Assembly: GCF_018977255.1 (NCBI RefSeq)
Contig: NW_024704743.1
Coordinates: 7,380,001-7,444,000 of the forward strand
DNA length: 64,000 nucleotides
DNA from: Callorhinchus milii
Lineage: Eukaryota
Direction of reading: 5' to 3'
Shown here: in pieces, positions 35,885-49,373 of the stretch
Layout of the letters: every line of letters starts with the position of its first letter
Position numbering within the stretch: position 1 is the stretch's first letter
The notes under the pieces: generated by a model
The model's database searches: none
The model's input: only the letters and a program-made list of their open reading frames with translations
Told to the model about the DNA's origin: nothing
Translations under genes and position numbers: made by a program

Positions 35885-36810
35885 TGTCTAGGAGCATAGG
35901 AACAGGAGTAGGCCATTCAGGCCCTTGAGCCTGTTCCGCCATTCTATTAGATCATGGCTGATCTGTACCTCAACTCCATTTCCCCACATTTGCTCCATAT
36001 CCCTTGAAACCCTTACCTAACATATATCCACCTCAGTCTTGAAAATGTGAATGGATCCAGCATGCTGGACTATGGTTCCACAGTCACTGCTTGCCCTCCA
36101 CATGAGCCTCTTATTCCCCACTCCTACACTCCTCTGTTCCCTCCTATCTCATTCATGCATCAAGTTTCCTCTTAAATACGTTGATGCTGTTTGCTTCAAC
36201 CACATTCTCGCCACCTCTGCATAAAGTAGTTCCTCCTAAACTCCCTGTTACTGGCTATGTTAAATTGAAGCCCTTTTGTTTTAGACTCACCAAAAAGTGA
36301 AAACAACCTATTTATGTCCACCTTATTGAATCCTTTCATAATTTTAAATACAAGTGCCTTTATAATAGTAAGAGTCCTTGCATTTGATATAGCACTTTTC
36401 ACGTCTTCTGGACATCTTAAAGAGCTTCATAGAATATACTGTAAAGTGAATTAACTGTATATTTTGTGGGAGAAACACGGCAGCCGATTGCGCACAGTGA
36501 CGTCCCACAAACAGTTGTGGATTGAGTGACCAAATTTTTTTTCTTGAGTCACTATTATTAGGCGTGTGGAGTAGGGAGACTTGCCTAAGGTTTCGCCCTG
36601 GTCCCCTCTCAATCAGGTCCTTTATCAGGTCTCCTCTCAATCATCTCATCTCCAGAGAGAAAAGCTCTTGTCCTATCTTATCTTGTCCTATCTTTCCTGA
36701 TTGCTGTATACATTCATTCCTTGTAACATCCTAGCTAATCTACACTGTACTCTCCCCAATGCTACAATATCCTTCCTGTAGTATGATGAGCAGAACTGTA
36801 CACAGCACTG
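35885..36810 (-). mobile_element. Cluster of CR1 3' fragments, split by a - strand SINE (about 36360-36600)
   Basis: ggaacaggagtaggccattcag..gatcatggctgatc (CR1 tail); - strand [25 protein letters not shown] remnant. Confidence 0.7.
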
Positions 36811-39800
36811 TCAATACTGTCAGATCATATTGAAATCTCTCCTCAGAACCCAGTCTCTTGGGTACAGTGGAGCCAGTTTGATGGTAGATTTTGGAGTTGG
36901 TGTGTTGGCTGCAGATACCCCCGTCAGACATGTGTCCGCAGACTTCTCTGTCTCACACAGTCAATACTGTTCCCCCGCAACATTCTGATACCTCTGTAAC
37001 TCAAGCAAGCCTCTCAGACATCTGGAATTCCATTTCCTCACATTGCCTCTGTAACTAATAGAGCAGGCTCATCGTCAATCACCCGCCTCAGTCTAGTCCT
37101 GTCTACGAAGTGAACCCCGTGTGCACAGATGTAATATAAAAGATTTTATTACACAACCACTCAGCCAACCTGAGTGTTTGAAAAGATCAGCTGGCTGACG
37201 TGGAATCACACAACCTGCTTTTTGATTAACTGCACGTGTCCGGGAGCTAGTGTTTTGCCTTCCCCTGAGCAAAACAAGAGGTTTCACAGATGGTTATTAT
37301 GTAGAATAATCAACCAGAGCGCTGCACCAGGCACTAGCGAAAGGGAAAAAAAAGGTCAGCAAGATAATACTGTATTGGAGGACGTCACTTGCGGCCAAAC
37401 CAAACAATGGAAAACACGTCCCATCAGGAATGTGAGGCAAAGCACTATACAACAGCGAGAGTGCAGCAAGGCATAGATAAGTGACTGAGGAAAGAATTCC
37501 CCAATATTAGCATTGTTTACTTGCCAGAGAAAAGAAATAGCAGGGTTTTTTTTGTAAAAGATTGATAACATACACAACCTAATCTAACAATCTCTGGAAA
37601 GTTATGCTCTCATTTTAGGAGGTCCCGAACAGCTATCATTCACAGTTCCTTACCTCCCCCACCCTTGCAGCTGACACAATCAAACTGTCTTTTACCCCCC
37701 TCATACCTCTCCCTTGTCCCTATGTCCCACTTCCCAGCGCAGCTCAGGCTCCTGCTCAGCCTTTCTAAAGCACCTTGAGCCATTCTTGCAACCTGAATGC
37801 TGCTATATAAGGAATGTAAATTTGTATTGGATAATAAACGGTATTCTAACGGGGTTCTACTGTGGTGTACTAGGTGGACTTCGGTCTTCTTTCGCCTACC
37901 AAATTCTTCTGTACTTATATAGTTTAGGACACGCCATGTCATGCGACTGCCATGATGGTGAAAAGTGAACTGGATGGACCTTGGTCTACTTTCGCCTAAC
38001 AAATTCTTATGTACTTGTAGGTGTTGTTGAATTCCAGAAGGTTGCACATCCTGTTTCATTACAAAGACTCAGCAGATATGTTGATTGTTGTATTAGATTG
38101 AGAATCCCTTAATATGATTTGGTTCCTAATCTCCATGTTTACCTGACATTTACTCTGAGATCTGTTGGAATCAGTTGCCTCAAAACACTGTTTATGCCTG
38201 TCACCTCCCATCTGGATTGAGCTTATCGAATGCCCTCAGCCGCCACTTTTTAAGCTCTTACTTTTTCCAGCTGCACTGAAACAGTTACTTTCGAGTCCCT
38301 ACAGTGAATTAATTAGAAGAATATGATTGAAGCAAAATTGTCGTAGCTCCACCACCCAAATCGAACCCATTGAGGTTCAAAGAAAATTAATTGAAATTGC
38401 TCATCTGAAGGCTCAATAAGTAACTGAGCCATATATACTAGGAAGTTTCCATGTTCGACACCAGTCTATGACGAGGAAACTGATTTAATCTCACCAAGAT
38501 TAAAACATTCAGTTTCATTTATTCAATTGACAACAACAACTTGCATTTCACAATGTTTAGTATTTCTCTATTCACTCTAGTGAAAGTGACTACAGTAGAG
38601 CCCCATTATAATGGGGTTCATTACACAATAAAAATTTACATTTATATAGTGCCTTTTACATTAGGAGGACATCCCAAAGTGCTTGACACTTGGGTTGGCA
38701 CCTGAGCTGGTTAAAGTTATGATAATTATTATAACACAGGTTCACTTATATCACGGGGAGATTTGCATACTTGGTTCATGCATGTCAGGTGGCCCCAGGC
38801 TAACAATGGCTCACGTCCAGGTCACTGGGTCATTAATACCATCACAGGAAGTAATATCGGTGGCAACCTTGTAGTCAGCCTGGTTCGGGAGCCCGATACA
38901 ATGGGCCAAATGGCCTCTCTGTGCTGTAAATGTTTATGGAACCAGGGGAAATATTATTTTGGGGATCTAAATAATAATATTATTATTATAATCACCAGGT
39001 TACAAAGGACTACTCTATCAGGCTCTGGGGAGGATCAACCTATGGGAGGTGTTATTGCATTCTAAAAGGAATAGAAGTAAATTTTTAATGCTTTCAAAAT
39101 GCATACCTTGTGATAACTATCATTTTAATCACGTCAGAACGTCTCAAAGCGCTTGACACTGATAGCTGGACACCTGAACTGGATGGGAGTGAAGGGGGTG
39201 GGAGGGGAAAGATGACCAAAGCACAGTCAAAGAGCTACATCTCGAGACATACCTTGAACAAGGGGAGGGAGGTGACGAATCACAGGGACTCTGGATGGAG
39301 TTCCAGATAGAAGGGGCAGAATGGCTGAAAGCCCACCCTCTGATAGTGGCTTGTGTAGCCAAGTGAGGGAGAGGACAAGGGGCGTCAGAGTTCTGGATGG
39401 CTTGGAAGAGCTGGGGATAAGCTGATAAATATCTGATTGTTGGTTAAATATAATCATGATATAATTATCATTGTGATAAATATCATTGCAATTACTAGCA
39501 TTGATCCTTTGTTTTGTGAGCGTCCGCCCGATGTGAAAGGCTCTATACAAATGTAATTTGTTGTTGTGTGTCAGGATTCAATGATAGCACTCTCACATCT
39601 GAGTCAGAATGAGGTGAGTTCAACCTGTGGGGCAATCACATAGTCTAAGGTGGCAATGCAATGCTGGGGGGGTTGCATTGCTGGCGCTGTCTTCCTTCGG
39701 ATGAGATGTTAAACCAAAGTCCCGTTTGCCTGTTCAGATGGACATTAAAGATCCCATGGCATTATTGAAAAAGAGAAGGGCCAGTGTCCTGGCCAACAAT

Positions 39801-42800
39801 CCCCCAAGTAAAATTGGTCATTCATTTCATGGTTCTTTATAGGACATTGCTGTGTGCAAATTGGTTGCTGCAAAATACATGGTCAATCCACTTTACAGTG
39901 CAATAAATTCTGTGAAGCACTTTGAAATGTCTCAATAATGTGATAAGGCACTATATCATTAATAAATAATAACAATTTGGTCACTCAATCTACGACTGTT
40001 GTGCACAATTGGCTGCTGCGTTTTGCCCACAAAATATACAGTCAATTCACTTTACAGTATATTCTGTGAAGTGCTTTATGACATCTTGAAGACATGATAA
40101 GGCGCTATATCAAAAGCAAGGATTATTATTATTATATCAAATGCAAGGATGATTTGCTATTTTATGAAAAGATTGTGAACAAAAAGCCCTCACATCCACA
40201 TCCAAAATATTGTAGGCCCTGAGCCAACTAGCCTGTTATATCCTTCTGTTGGTGACAGAGCACAGGCATCCTCTGTTTAAACAGACCCTTACAGTGATTG
40301 TTCAGTCGAGTCTTCACTAGAGATCACTAGTTATCTTTGACTGTTTGCTATCGTGCCTTCCTTCTGTTTGCATTTCTGAAGTGACTTCCTATGAGTGGGG
40401 ACACTACTGGGTCCCCAAGTTGATTATAATGCAGGGTCATCATTTACCTCATTCTGCCTGGTTAGGGAGTGGCTTATGGTAAAGTGGAGTCTAAGTTAGT
40501 GTATTACTGTAATAGGATTCCTTAATAAAGGGATGTGCAAATGGAGATTCTTTCACTCCAACTTGCGGAATCAATGTGATACAGTTTTGGAACATCTGCC
40601 TCCTGGTTGGGGTATCAGTGCTTTAAATATTTTCCCTCTTTGGAAAACATCTGGAAATGTGTCTTTGAACTCATTCCCCTTTCCTTTTGTATTAACTTCC
40701 TTCCAAATTGTAGCTTGTGCCTCACAGACGGGCTATTAATAGCTCCAAGAGCCGAGACATTTCTGCTTGTGGACTGAATTCTCCTGGACTTGTGTGAGGT
40801 GTGCACTGTCAGTCTGAAGTTTTTTTGATAAACTTTTATTAATAAAGCAAACTTTCCTGAGCAGGGAGCAAGGATAGTTTCAAGATTTTCTATTCATGCC
40901 GCAATGAAGGCAAACTCTGCCTTACAGTTTTATATTTAGTGTTCAGGCACATTGTGCCTAAGTATCTGCAGGTGATAGCTGTCTAGCCAGTACTGGGTTG
41001 CCATATGCAGTTTGTCTGGAGTTCTAATAAGTTCATACTGTTCTGGAAGTGCTCAAGTAGAAAAAAGTACAAGCCAAAAGCTGGCTACTGCTTACTGTAA
41101 GTATACGTGAGAGCTTTGTGAAGAAAAATGACTTCTATTGGTGTTTTGTTGTAAGGGATGCTGTATGTTGACTGTTGCTGAGACTGTGTGTGTGTTTGAG
41201 AGCACGTAAGACTGAAAAACGTCACATAAACAATGATTGTGTAACGTTCACCAATACTTTGGAATAATTTAAATTTCCTCCTCTCTTATATTTAAGTGTT
41301 TCTTTTAGTGTTTTTCTATATTAACTGTTTCATAAATGATTGCAGTTTCATAATTTAGTGACTGCAATTAATAAAAGCAAACTCTCTGTTACACAAGGCA
41401 GTTATGCTGAGAGTCAACATGCACTTTGTATTGTTCCAGTCTCTATAGGTTACTCTGTTATATCAGAACATGTGTTATGGTCTAGATGGGCGTCTTTCTT
41501 GTGCCTGAATCTAGCCTCAAATTCCACACATGCCTTTGATTTACTTGAGAACACAGGAGTACGTTATCTTTGTGCTCTGGAATTTTCCACCATTACTTAG
41601 AATTTTGGCTTGGACATAATTGGATGAGGGGTAACAGGCTCCCGAAGTTGAATTCTAAGTGAGGTTTCTGTTAATTTTACAAAGTTTATTGTGCTGAGGC
41701 TTAAAGGGTAGCATCTGTGAGACAACTGCACTTATCCTCCAATTCCCTCTTCTGTATAGCTTGGAATCCCACGGTTTAAAGGTTCCAGGTTTCGATCATT
41801 CTCCAGCTCAAAATATCAACTTCTGTCAAATGGAGGCTTGGGAATTGTAAGCTGTGAAGTCCACAGTACCCTTGAGATTTTATCCAGCTGCTCCTGCCCT
41901 GCTCACGGAGAAAGGTGATTATCTGCCTTCACTTCTCAAGAGGTAAGACACTGCTTAGATTCTGTAGCAATAATTGGACCGGTTTATGTTAATTCTTTTA
42001 CAGGTATGGGAAGCTTCCTTGATTTTACATAGATAAGGAGGCTTCAGGTGACTGGCAGGTTCTCCCAGATGGTCTGAACTTTCAGAAGCCTGAATTGAAA
42101 AAGTAATTTAGTGCCATGCTGTGCAAGAACTCTAAACAACCCACTGTGCCAGGTTCATCATCCTGTGGTTAGAGAAATAGATTATATTCATTTAACACTT
42201 TTGTTGAGGCTTATTCTGAAAGGATTGTTTCTGTATTCATAATAAATAAATAAATAAAAAAGAAAGAATTTTGTCACTCAATCTACGACAGTTTGTTGAC
42301 ATTGCTGTGTGCAATTGGTCGTCATATTTCATCCACAAAATAGACAAGTCAATTCACTTTACAGTATATTCTGTGAAGCTCTTTGAGATGTCTGAACTAC
42401 GTGATAAGGCACTATATCAAATGCAAGGATTATTATTATTGTTGTTGGTACTAATAATAATTGCAGCCTGGGATGCCACAGACAACATTATGTGTGTGTA
42501 TGTATGTGACGTGGAATTTGCACATCACATACATCTCTGGAATTTGTTGTGGAATTTGCGTGGACTAATATTCTCCTTATGCACTGCCAACATCAGGTTA
42601 GGTTCAAAGTCACAGAGAAGGGGACCATGGGAGATACGGGGTTGCAGACAATGGGGACATTGAGCTCATTAGTCGAGGCTGACACTCCAGTGCGGTGCTG
42701 GGGGAGTGCTGCTTTGTTTGAGATGCTGTCCTTCTGATGAGATAATAAACCAAGGTTCTGTTTGCTTGACTATACCAACCCTCCCCTCACCGGACTCCAC

Positions 42801-44342
42801 AGCTCCTCTCTAAACAAACTGTAGAACCCTGCAGCCTGTGTGGTCTCCCATACCAGGCTCCGTGAACCCAACTCAGCTCCTTTGGCTTTGAGACATCACC
42901 CAGTGAATCGAGTTCAAGATTCTCATTTGTACTTTTAAATCCCTCCACTGTCTTACCTCACCCTACTCCTATGACTCCACACCTTCAAGAGTTGGGTTGA
43001 TAGAATTTTAGTAGGTCAGAATATCAAGAGATATGAAAAAAAATTGGGAAATTGGAACTGACAGGATTAGTTGAGATACAGATCAGCCATGATCTAATTG
43101 AATGGCGGAACAGGCTCGAAAGGCTGAATGGCCTACTCCTGTTCCTGTTCCTATGTTCTTATGTTTCTTCAAACCCTACTGACCCGCCTGGTCCCTTCAC
43201 TCAGTGAGCACCGGCTCCTTCATGTCTCTATCGTTGGAGACAGGCTTTCAGCTTATCTGCCTCTACTTTCTGGGACTCCATTCTGGAGCTGCTCCGGCTC
43301 ACTTCCCCCTCACTTCATTGAAGGTCCATTGGAATGATTGACTGAAAGCTGCAGTGTCCTCTCTAACTTTCTAACTGTGCTTTCCATCATCCTTCACTCC
43401 ACAACCCCCCTTAGCCCCCACCCCTAGTTTGGGTGCCCAGCCAGCACTGTTAAACACCATGAGGCATCTTCCTGACGTGAAAGGTGCCATATAAATGTAA
43501 ATTTGTATTGTATTATATTGTTCAGGCGGACGTTAAAGATCCCAAGGAACTTTTTGAAAAGAGAAGGGAGTTTCTCCCGGTGTCCCCAAAATAAAATTGG
43601 TAATTTACTTAATGGCTGTTTGTGGGTCGCTGCTGTGCAGAAATTAGTTGTTACATTTGCCCATAAAACAGTCACCTCAGTTTACAGTAAAAATACTGTG
43701 AGGTGCTGTGAAGCGTTCTCCCAACGTGAGAGGGAGTATAAATGTAAAGATTATTATTATTCACTCAGCCCATTTATGTAAGATTTCTCTTCTACCCTGC
43801 TCTTTCCAGTTTTTCTCGTCGCCTGCACCATGGGCCTTGGCCCTTCACTCAGTCTCTCAATAAAAAAAACAATATTAGTTAAGACTGGAGACCACACAGC
43901 GTCCATGCTTTGACAGAAATGTGGTCTCCTGCTTCCTGTTATTGTAGTTCAACTATATGGAAAATGCACACATTTTGCAAAGAAAACCTTGCCTCACTTA
44001 CATTATTCTCCCAGTTGAAGCCGGTCACGGAAAGTCGAAGGAAGTGGAAAAATAAGTCGGGAAAATTATAAAGAAATAAAGAGGAACATAATCCTTACTG
44101 CACAGTCTTTGGTTTTATTTTAAGTCCTTGTTCTCTTTTTGAGAAGAATTCTTTTTAAAGACAACTTTATTTCCCTGGGAAACAAAATAGCTGCTAATTT
44201 CTCTGCTACAGTAATGTTGGCATCTTCATTGATTCAATTTACTGCAGTGAGAAGGTCACGTTCTGTACAAACACAGAAAGGAATGAGTCATTTTGTTTTC
44301 AACTAAATCTTGAGCATATTCACAAACAGGGTAAAGATTGTA

Positions 44343-46602
44343 GGAGTCCTGCAGCTTAGTGCCCACACCACTCCCCCATCCCTAAACTCCTTAGCCCCAA
44401 TTACTACCCCCTCTCTCAATCAGCATCTCCCAGATGAAGCCCACCATCTGCAATCTCGTCCGCCTTCCCACCCAGATGCTGGTCACCCAACTCTCCCTCC
44501 TCTCCTGGGCACAGTCAACTACAACAACAAGATTTCATTTATAGAGCGCCTTTCACGGCAGGAGGACGTCCCAAGGCCCTGGACAGTTGGGTAGGGACCT
44601 GAGCAGGGGGGAAATGGTCAGGGTGAGGGGAGGGAAAGGAGGGGGTAGAGAGTCGAGAGGGGAGCTGAAGGCATGGTTGAAGAGCAAGGTCTTGAGACCA
44701 GCCTTGAAAGTTGCTCTCCTCAGGTTCTGTTCCTCTCCCCCTTAAGACTGCTGTCATCACTCCCCTCCTCAAAAAAAACACTCTTGACTCTTCCAATCTT
44801 ACAAATTACCATCCTATTTCCATTCTACCCTCCCTTGCCAAAGCTCTGGAATGCGTTGTTGCTAACCAGCTTTGCTCACACCTCTCCCTCCACTCTCTCC
44901 TCAAGCCACTCCAATCTGGTTTATGCCCTGCCCATAACACAGTGATGGCACTTGTCAAGATCACAAATGATGCCCTCTCTCTCTATGATCAGGGCTCCCT
45001 CTGCCTCCTCGTCCTCCTGGACCTCTCCACCATGTTCAACACAACAACAACAACAACAAGATTACATTTATAGAGCGCCTTTCACGTCGGGAGGACACAG
45101 TCGACCACCCCATTCTCATCCACGGCCTCTCCTCCCTCATCCACCTCAGTGAGACCGGACTAGCCTGGTTCGAGTCCTACCTAAGAGACTACTCCAGTTT
45201 CTTCAAACAGTTTCTTCTCACACTCCCGCCCTGTACGGTATCCCAGGGTTCCATCCTTGCCCCTCCTCTTCCTCATCTACATGCTCTGTCTTGACAATGT
45301 AATTTGTAGACACGAGTTAAACTTCCACACACATGTGGATGACACACAAATCTACTTCTCCTCCTCCAGCTGCAGTTCCAGGTCCCCCGATGTTCTGTCG
45401 GATTTTCTAGCAGACATCAGGAATCACTCGTCCATGCATTCGTCAACTGCCGACTTGACTTTTCAAATGCCCTGTTTGCCGGTCTCCCCCAGCTCCACCA
45501 TACACAGAATCTAACTAATCCAAAACTCCATTGCCCACATACTCACCCGTACCAAACTCCGTACCCCCATCACACCAGTTCTAGTCAGGGTCCACTGACT
45601 CCCTATCGCCAAACGGATAGACTTCAAGATCCTCAGTCGGTTTCAAATCCCTTCATGCCCTGGCACCTCCCTACCTCTCCAACCTGCTTAATCCCCAACC
45701 CACAACCCACTGCTTCCGCTCGACTGGCGCTGACCTTCTGCATGTCCCTTGTGTCCTCTGTTCCACCATCGATGGCTCTGCTTTCAGCCACTACACTCTG
45801 AAACTCTGGAACACTCTTCCGCTATCCCTCAGTCTTTGCCCTTTCCCTTCCATCTTCAGGTCAGACCTTCCTCTTCAACCTCCCCCTCCCCCCCGCCTCA
45901 GCATCGTGCTCCACCACTGTCAAGTGCTCTGGGATGCTACCCTGAGTGTGGGTAAATGCAAGTTGTTGTTGTAGTGGTTAGAGCACTCGCCTTGAAAGTT
46001 CTCTTTGACCGAGCCTTCAGCTCCCCTCTCGACTCTCTTCCCCCTCCTCGCTCCCTCCCTTCCCTCCCCTCACCCTGACCATTTCCCCCCTCCTCGCTCC
46101 CTCCCTTCCCTCCCCTCACCATGACCATTTCCCCCCTCCTCGCTCCCTCCCTTCCCTCCCCTCACCCTGACCATTTCCCCCTGCTCGGGTCCTGACCCAA
46201 CTGTGCAGCGCCTTGGGACGTCCTCCTGACGTGAAAGGCGCTTTATAAATGGAATCTTGTTGTTGTTGTTGAAAGTGAGAGGACCCGGATTCGATTCCTG
46301 GGCAGGGCGAAATATTAGGCAAGTTTCCTTACTCTACATGCCTTTGTTTACCTAGCAGTAAGTCGGAACCTAGCTGTTAGTCGATTGGCAGATCGCTTTG
46401 CCAGAGGTAATAATCCCTTTTAAAAAAAATTTAAAAAAAATTGTTCAGTCATGACTGTTTGTGGGACACAGCTGTGCGCAATTGGCTGCTGCATTTCACC
46501 CACATTATATACAGTCAATTCACTTTACATTATACTGTGTGAAGCGCTTTGAGCCGACTCAAAGACATGATAAGGCGCTGTATCAAATGCAAGGATTATT
46601 AT
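44343..46602 (+). mobile_element. Long-variant SINE split into three pieces (44343-44361, 45972-45999, 46269-46602) by L2 insertions
   Basis: The pieces rejoin to GGAGTCCTGCAGCT-TAGTG-GTTAGAGCACTCGCC-TTGAAAGT-GAGAGGACCCGGATTCGATTCC; TSDs tagtg and ttgaaagt. Confidence 0.8.
44362..45971 (+). mobile_element. Degenerate L2 (RT region to tail) containing two nested - strand L2 tails
   Basis: [66 protein letters not shown]; (GTT)n end at about 45962-45971. Confidence 0.88.
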
Positions 46603-48914
46603 TAAAGGTTGTCTTTCTCTTTTTGCCTTGCAATGGAAGGTCTTTGAAAGGAAGAGAATCGTTTGCCTTTGGTTTGGGAGTTTAATAGGTTTGCATGATA
46701 TAGAATTTTAATTGTCACTACTCTACCACTATACCGCTAATAGTTAAAACTGCTTTGAGACCATTTTTAGTGACTGAGATGAAGTGCACAGGGGTGGATG
46801 TGAATAATAGTTCTGCAATGAGCCTGCAGGAATCTTTAGCCCATTCAGAGAGGACACTGCAGCTTTCAGTCAATCATTCTGATCGCAATCAGGGTCTCAT
46901 CCCGGGCTGGCGATCTTTCACAAGATCTTTTAGCTATTGACAACATTTTACATCAGTTCATCAGAGTACATACCAAAGAATCACAGACTTCAGCTCATCC
47001 TTAGAAGAGTGAAAAATGTGACATTTTGTAACAGAACAGCACACTGAATCTGTTAAGAAACATTGCCATTTGAGTCAATAATCATACTCACTGTAAATAA
47101 GGGTACCACCCAGGCTATGAAATAGTGCAGGAACCCTGGAGGTAGTGCAGAGGACAGCAATGATGCTAATCCCCAGAGACAGAAGCACGAGCTTTGAGCA
47201 ATGACTGGATAAACTAGGGCTCTCCAGTCTTGTAAACAGATATCTCAAAGCGAACCTTGCAGGTTACTTAATAGTGTGACAGCCTGGCTTGGTGGTAGCA
47301 CACTTGCCTCTGAGTCAGAAAAAAAAACTGAGAAGATTGTGGATTCAAGCCTTGGGGGGGGAATTTGAACTCACATAGTCTTAGCTGACACTCCAATGCA
47401 GAGCTGGGAGTGGGGTGGTGGGATGTTTCTTTGTCAACGGTGCTGTCCTCCGAATGAGATGTTAAACCAAGGTCCTGTTAAACCTGCCTGTTCAGGTGGA
47501 CGTTATAGATTCCTGTTCAGAATTTGGGCATATTTCTGTGCCCAAATTCGCTGCCACATTAGCTCATAGATACACAGTCACTCTACTTCACAGAATATCC
47601 TATGAAACGCTTTAGGACATCCTGATGTGAAAGGCGTTAGGCCAAATGCAAGGCAAGGATTATTATTTTTATAGGATAGAAATATTAAATCTAAAACAAT
47701 ATTTGGAGATATTAATAACAATCCTCGCATTTGACATAGCACCTTTCACATCGGGAGGGCATCTCAAAGCACTTTAGCGGATGTATTTTAAAGTCCAATG
47801 ACTGTGCATTTTGAAGGCAAACAGCAATGTCCCACAAATAATCATGAAGTGAATAATCAATTTTATTTGGGGGAATTGTTGCCCAGGGCACCACTTTCTT
47901 CTCTTTTCGAAGAGTGCCATGGGATCTCTTGTGTGCACCTGAACAGAGAGACGGGTCCTCGATTTAATGTCTCATCCAAAGGATGGCAACTCCAACAATG
48001 CAGCGCAATGTACTGTATTGGAGTGTCAGGCTAAATTAGTTCAAATATGGAGTCAATGACCCAATGTGGAGTCAGTAACTCCAGCTGACAAGCAAAATAA
48101 TAAGAGAAAACCCAAATCCCATAACACTCTTGCAGTGTACATTATGCCAATTTGTTTTTGTGATAGCCAGTAATTGTGTCTCAGGAGTCAATAAATTGCC
48201 TTTCAGTCTTGCACTTTATGCCAGCATATGACCCCATGGAGATGGGTGTAGCAATATGTGTTTTTAACCTAATGAATGGAGTCTCTCTCATGGGGGTTAA
48301 CATTCTGACAGGTCGTCATTATTGCACGTTCTCGGAAACCTAGCACAGTCCATTCCATTGTGCATTCCAATGCACAAATTGAAAAATGATTCAGTTTATT
48401 TCATATCCTGTTTCAAACCCCATCTGAAAACAAATGACTGGTCACCTATGGAGTAATTTCCGTGATGATTCCAACCCGCCAAGGGATCGATATGAGCTTT
48501 ATTTATTTATTTATTTATTTATATATTATTTATTTTCTGTCTTAAAGTCACATCTTCCAACATTAACTATAAAGAATACCTATTTTCTAACCTTACAGCA
48601 CTCAATGGATTAGCAAACGCTTTTGTTACATCTGGGTTCAGTTCCATCCATTATTGATGGGATGAAGGTCTCTGTTGGCTGTAATTGTGAAATGTGAAGT
48701 GTGAATGTGAAGTGGGTTTGGGCAGTCTTAATTCAGTTCGCAGCTCTTGATTTGATATTAAATTGGTAATCTCCCTCAGAAAAATACATGACCGGGAAGG
48801 CATTCAGCCCATCAAGCTCACTTTTTCCATCTTGCCTGTTGCAACCGCTGAGCATGAGAATGGCTGTGGGGGGAGGGGACTCTCTTCTGAGGTTGGGGTT
48901 GTCATATTGGAAGT

Positions 48915-49270
48915 TATTATAATATAATAATAATCCTTGCAATTGATATAGTGTCTTATCATGTCATTGAGAGATCTCAAAGTAGTTCACAGGATATACT
49001 GTAAAGCGAATTGACTGTATTTTGTGGATGAAACGCAGCAGTGAACTATGCACAGCAGAGTCCCACGAACAGTTGTGGATTGAGTGACCAAATTATTGTT
49101 ATTTTTATTTATTTTTGAAGGGATTGTTACCCCCAGAAAGCAATCCGCCGTTAGTACCAACAACTGGGTTCCTTACTTACTGCTTTCTAAACAGAGGTGT
49201 GTGGAGTAAAGAAACATGCCTAAGTTTTCGCCCTGCCTGGGAATCAAGCTTGAGTCCTCTCCCTTGCGAG
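48915..49270 (-). mobile_element. tRNA/Deu SINE, long variant
   Basis: Tail, core and extra segment (gggttccttacttactgc) on the - strand. Confidence 0.75.
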
Positions 49271-49373
49271 GGTTAGGAACCCTAACCCTACTTCTTGCAA
49301 CCAAGTTATTGAACCAAGAGTTGACTCTCTATTCTCAACTCTTTCAAAACTCTCTTTTTCAATGTGGAGTACC

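Noticed and set aside
37872..38020. About 50-bp direct repeat pair
   Set aside because: Two adjacent CR1-type 3' tails; ordinary.
41760..41942. Possible exon bounded by tag| and AG|gtaaga
   Set aside because: Splice-like signals only, with no recognisable coding content; such signals arise by chance at this scale.
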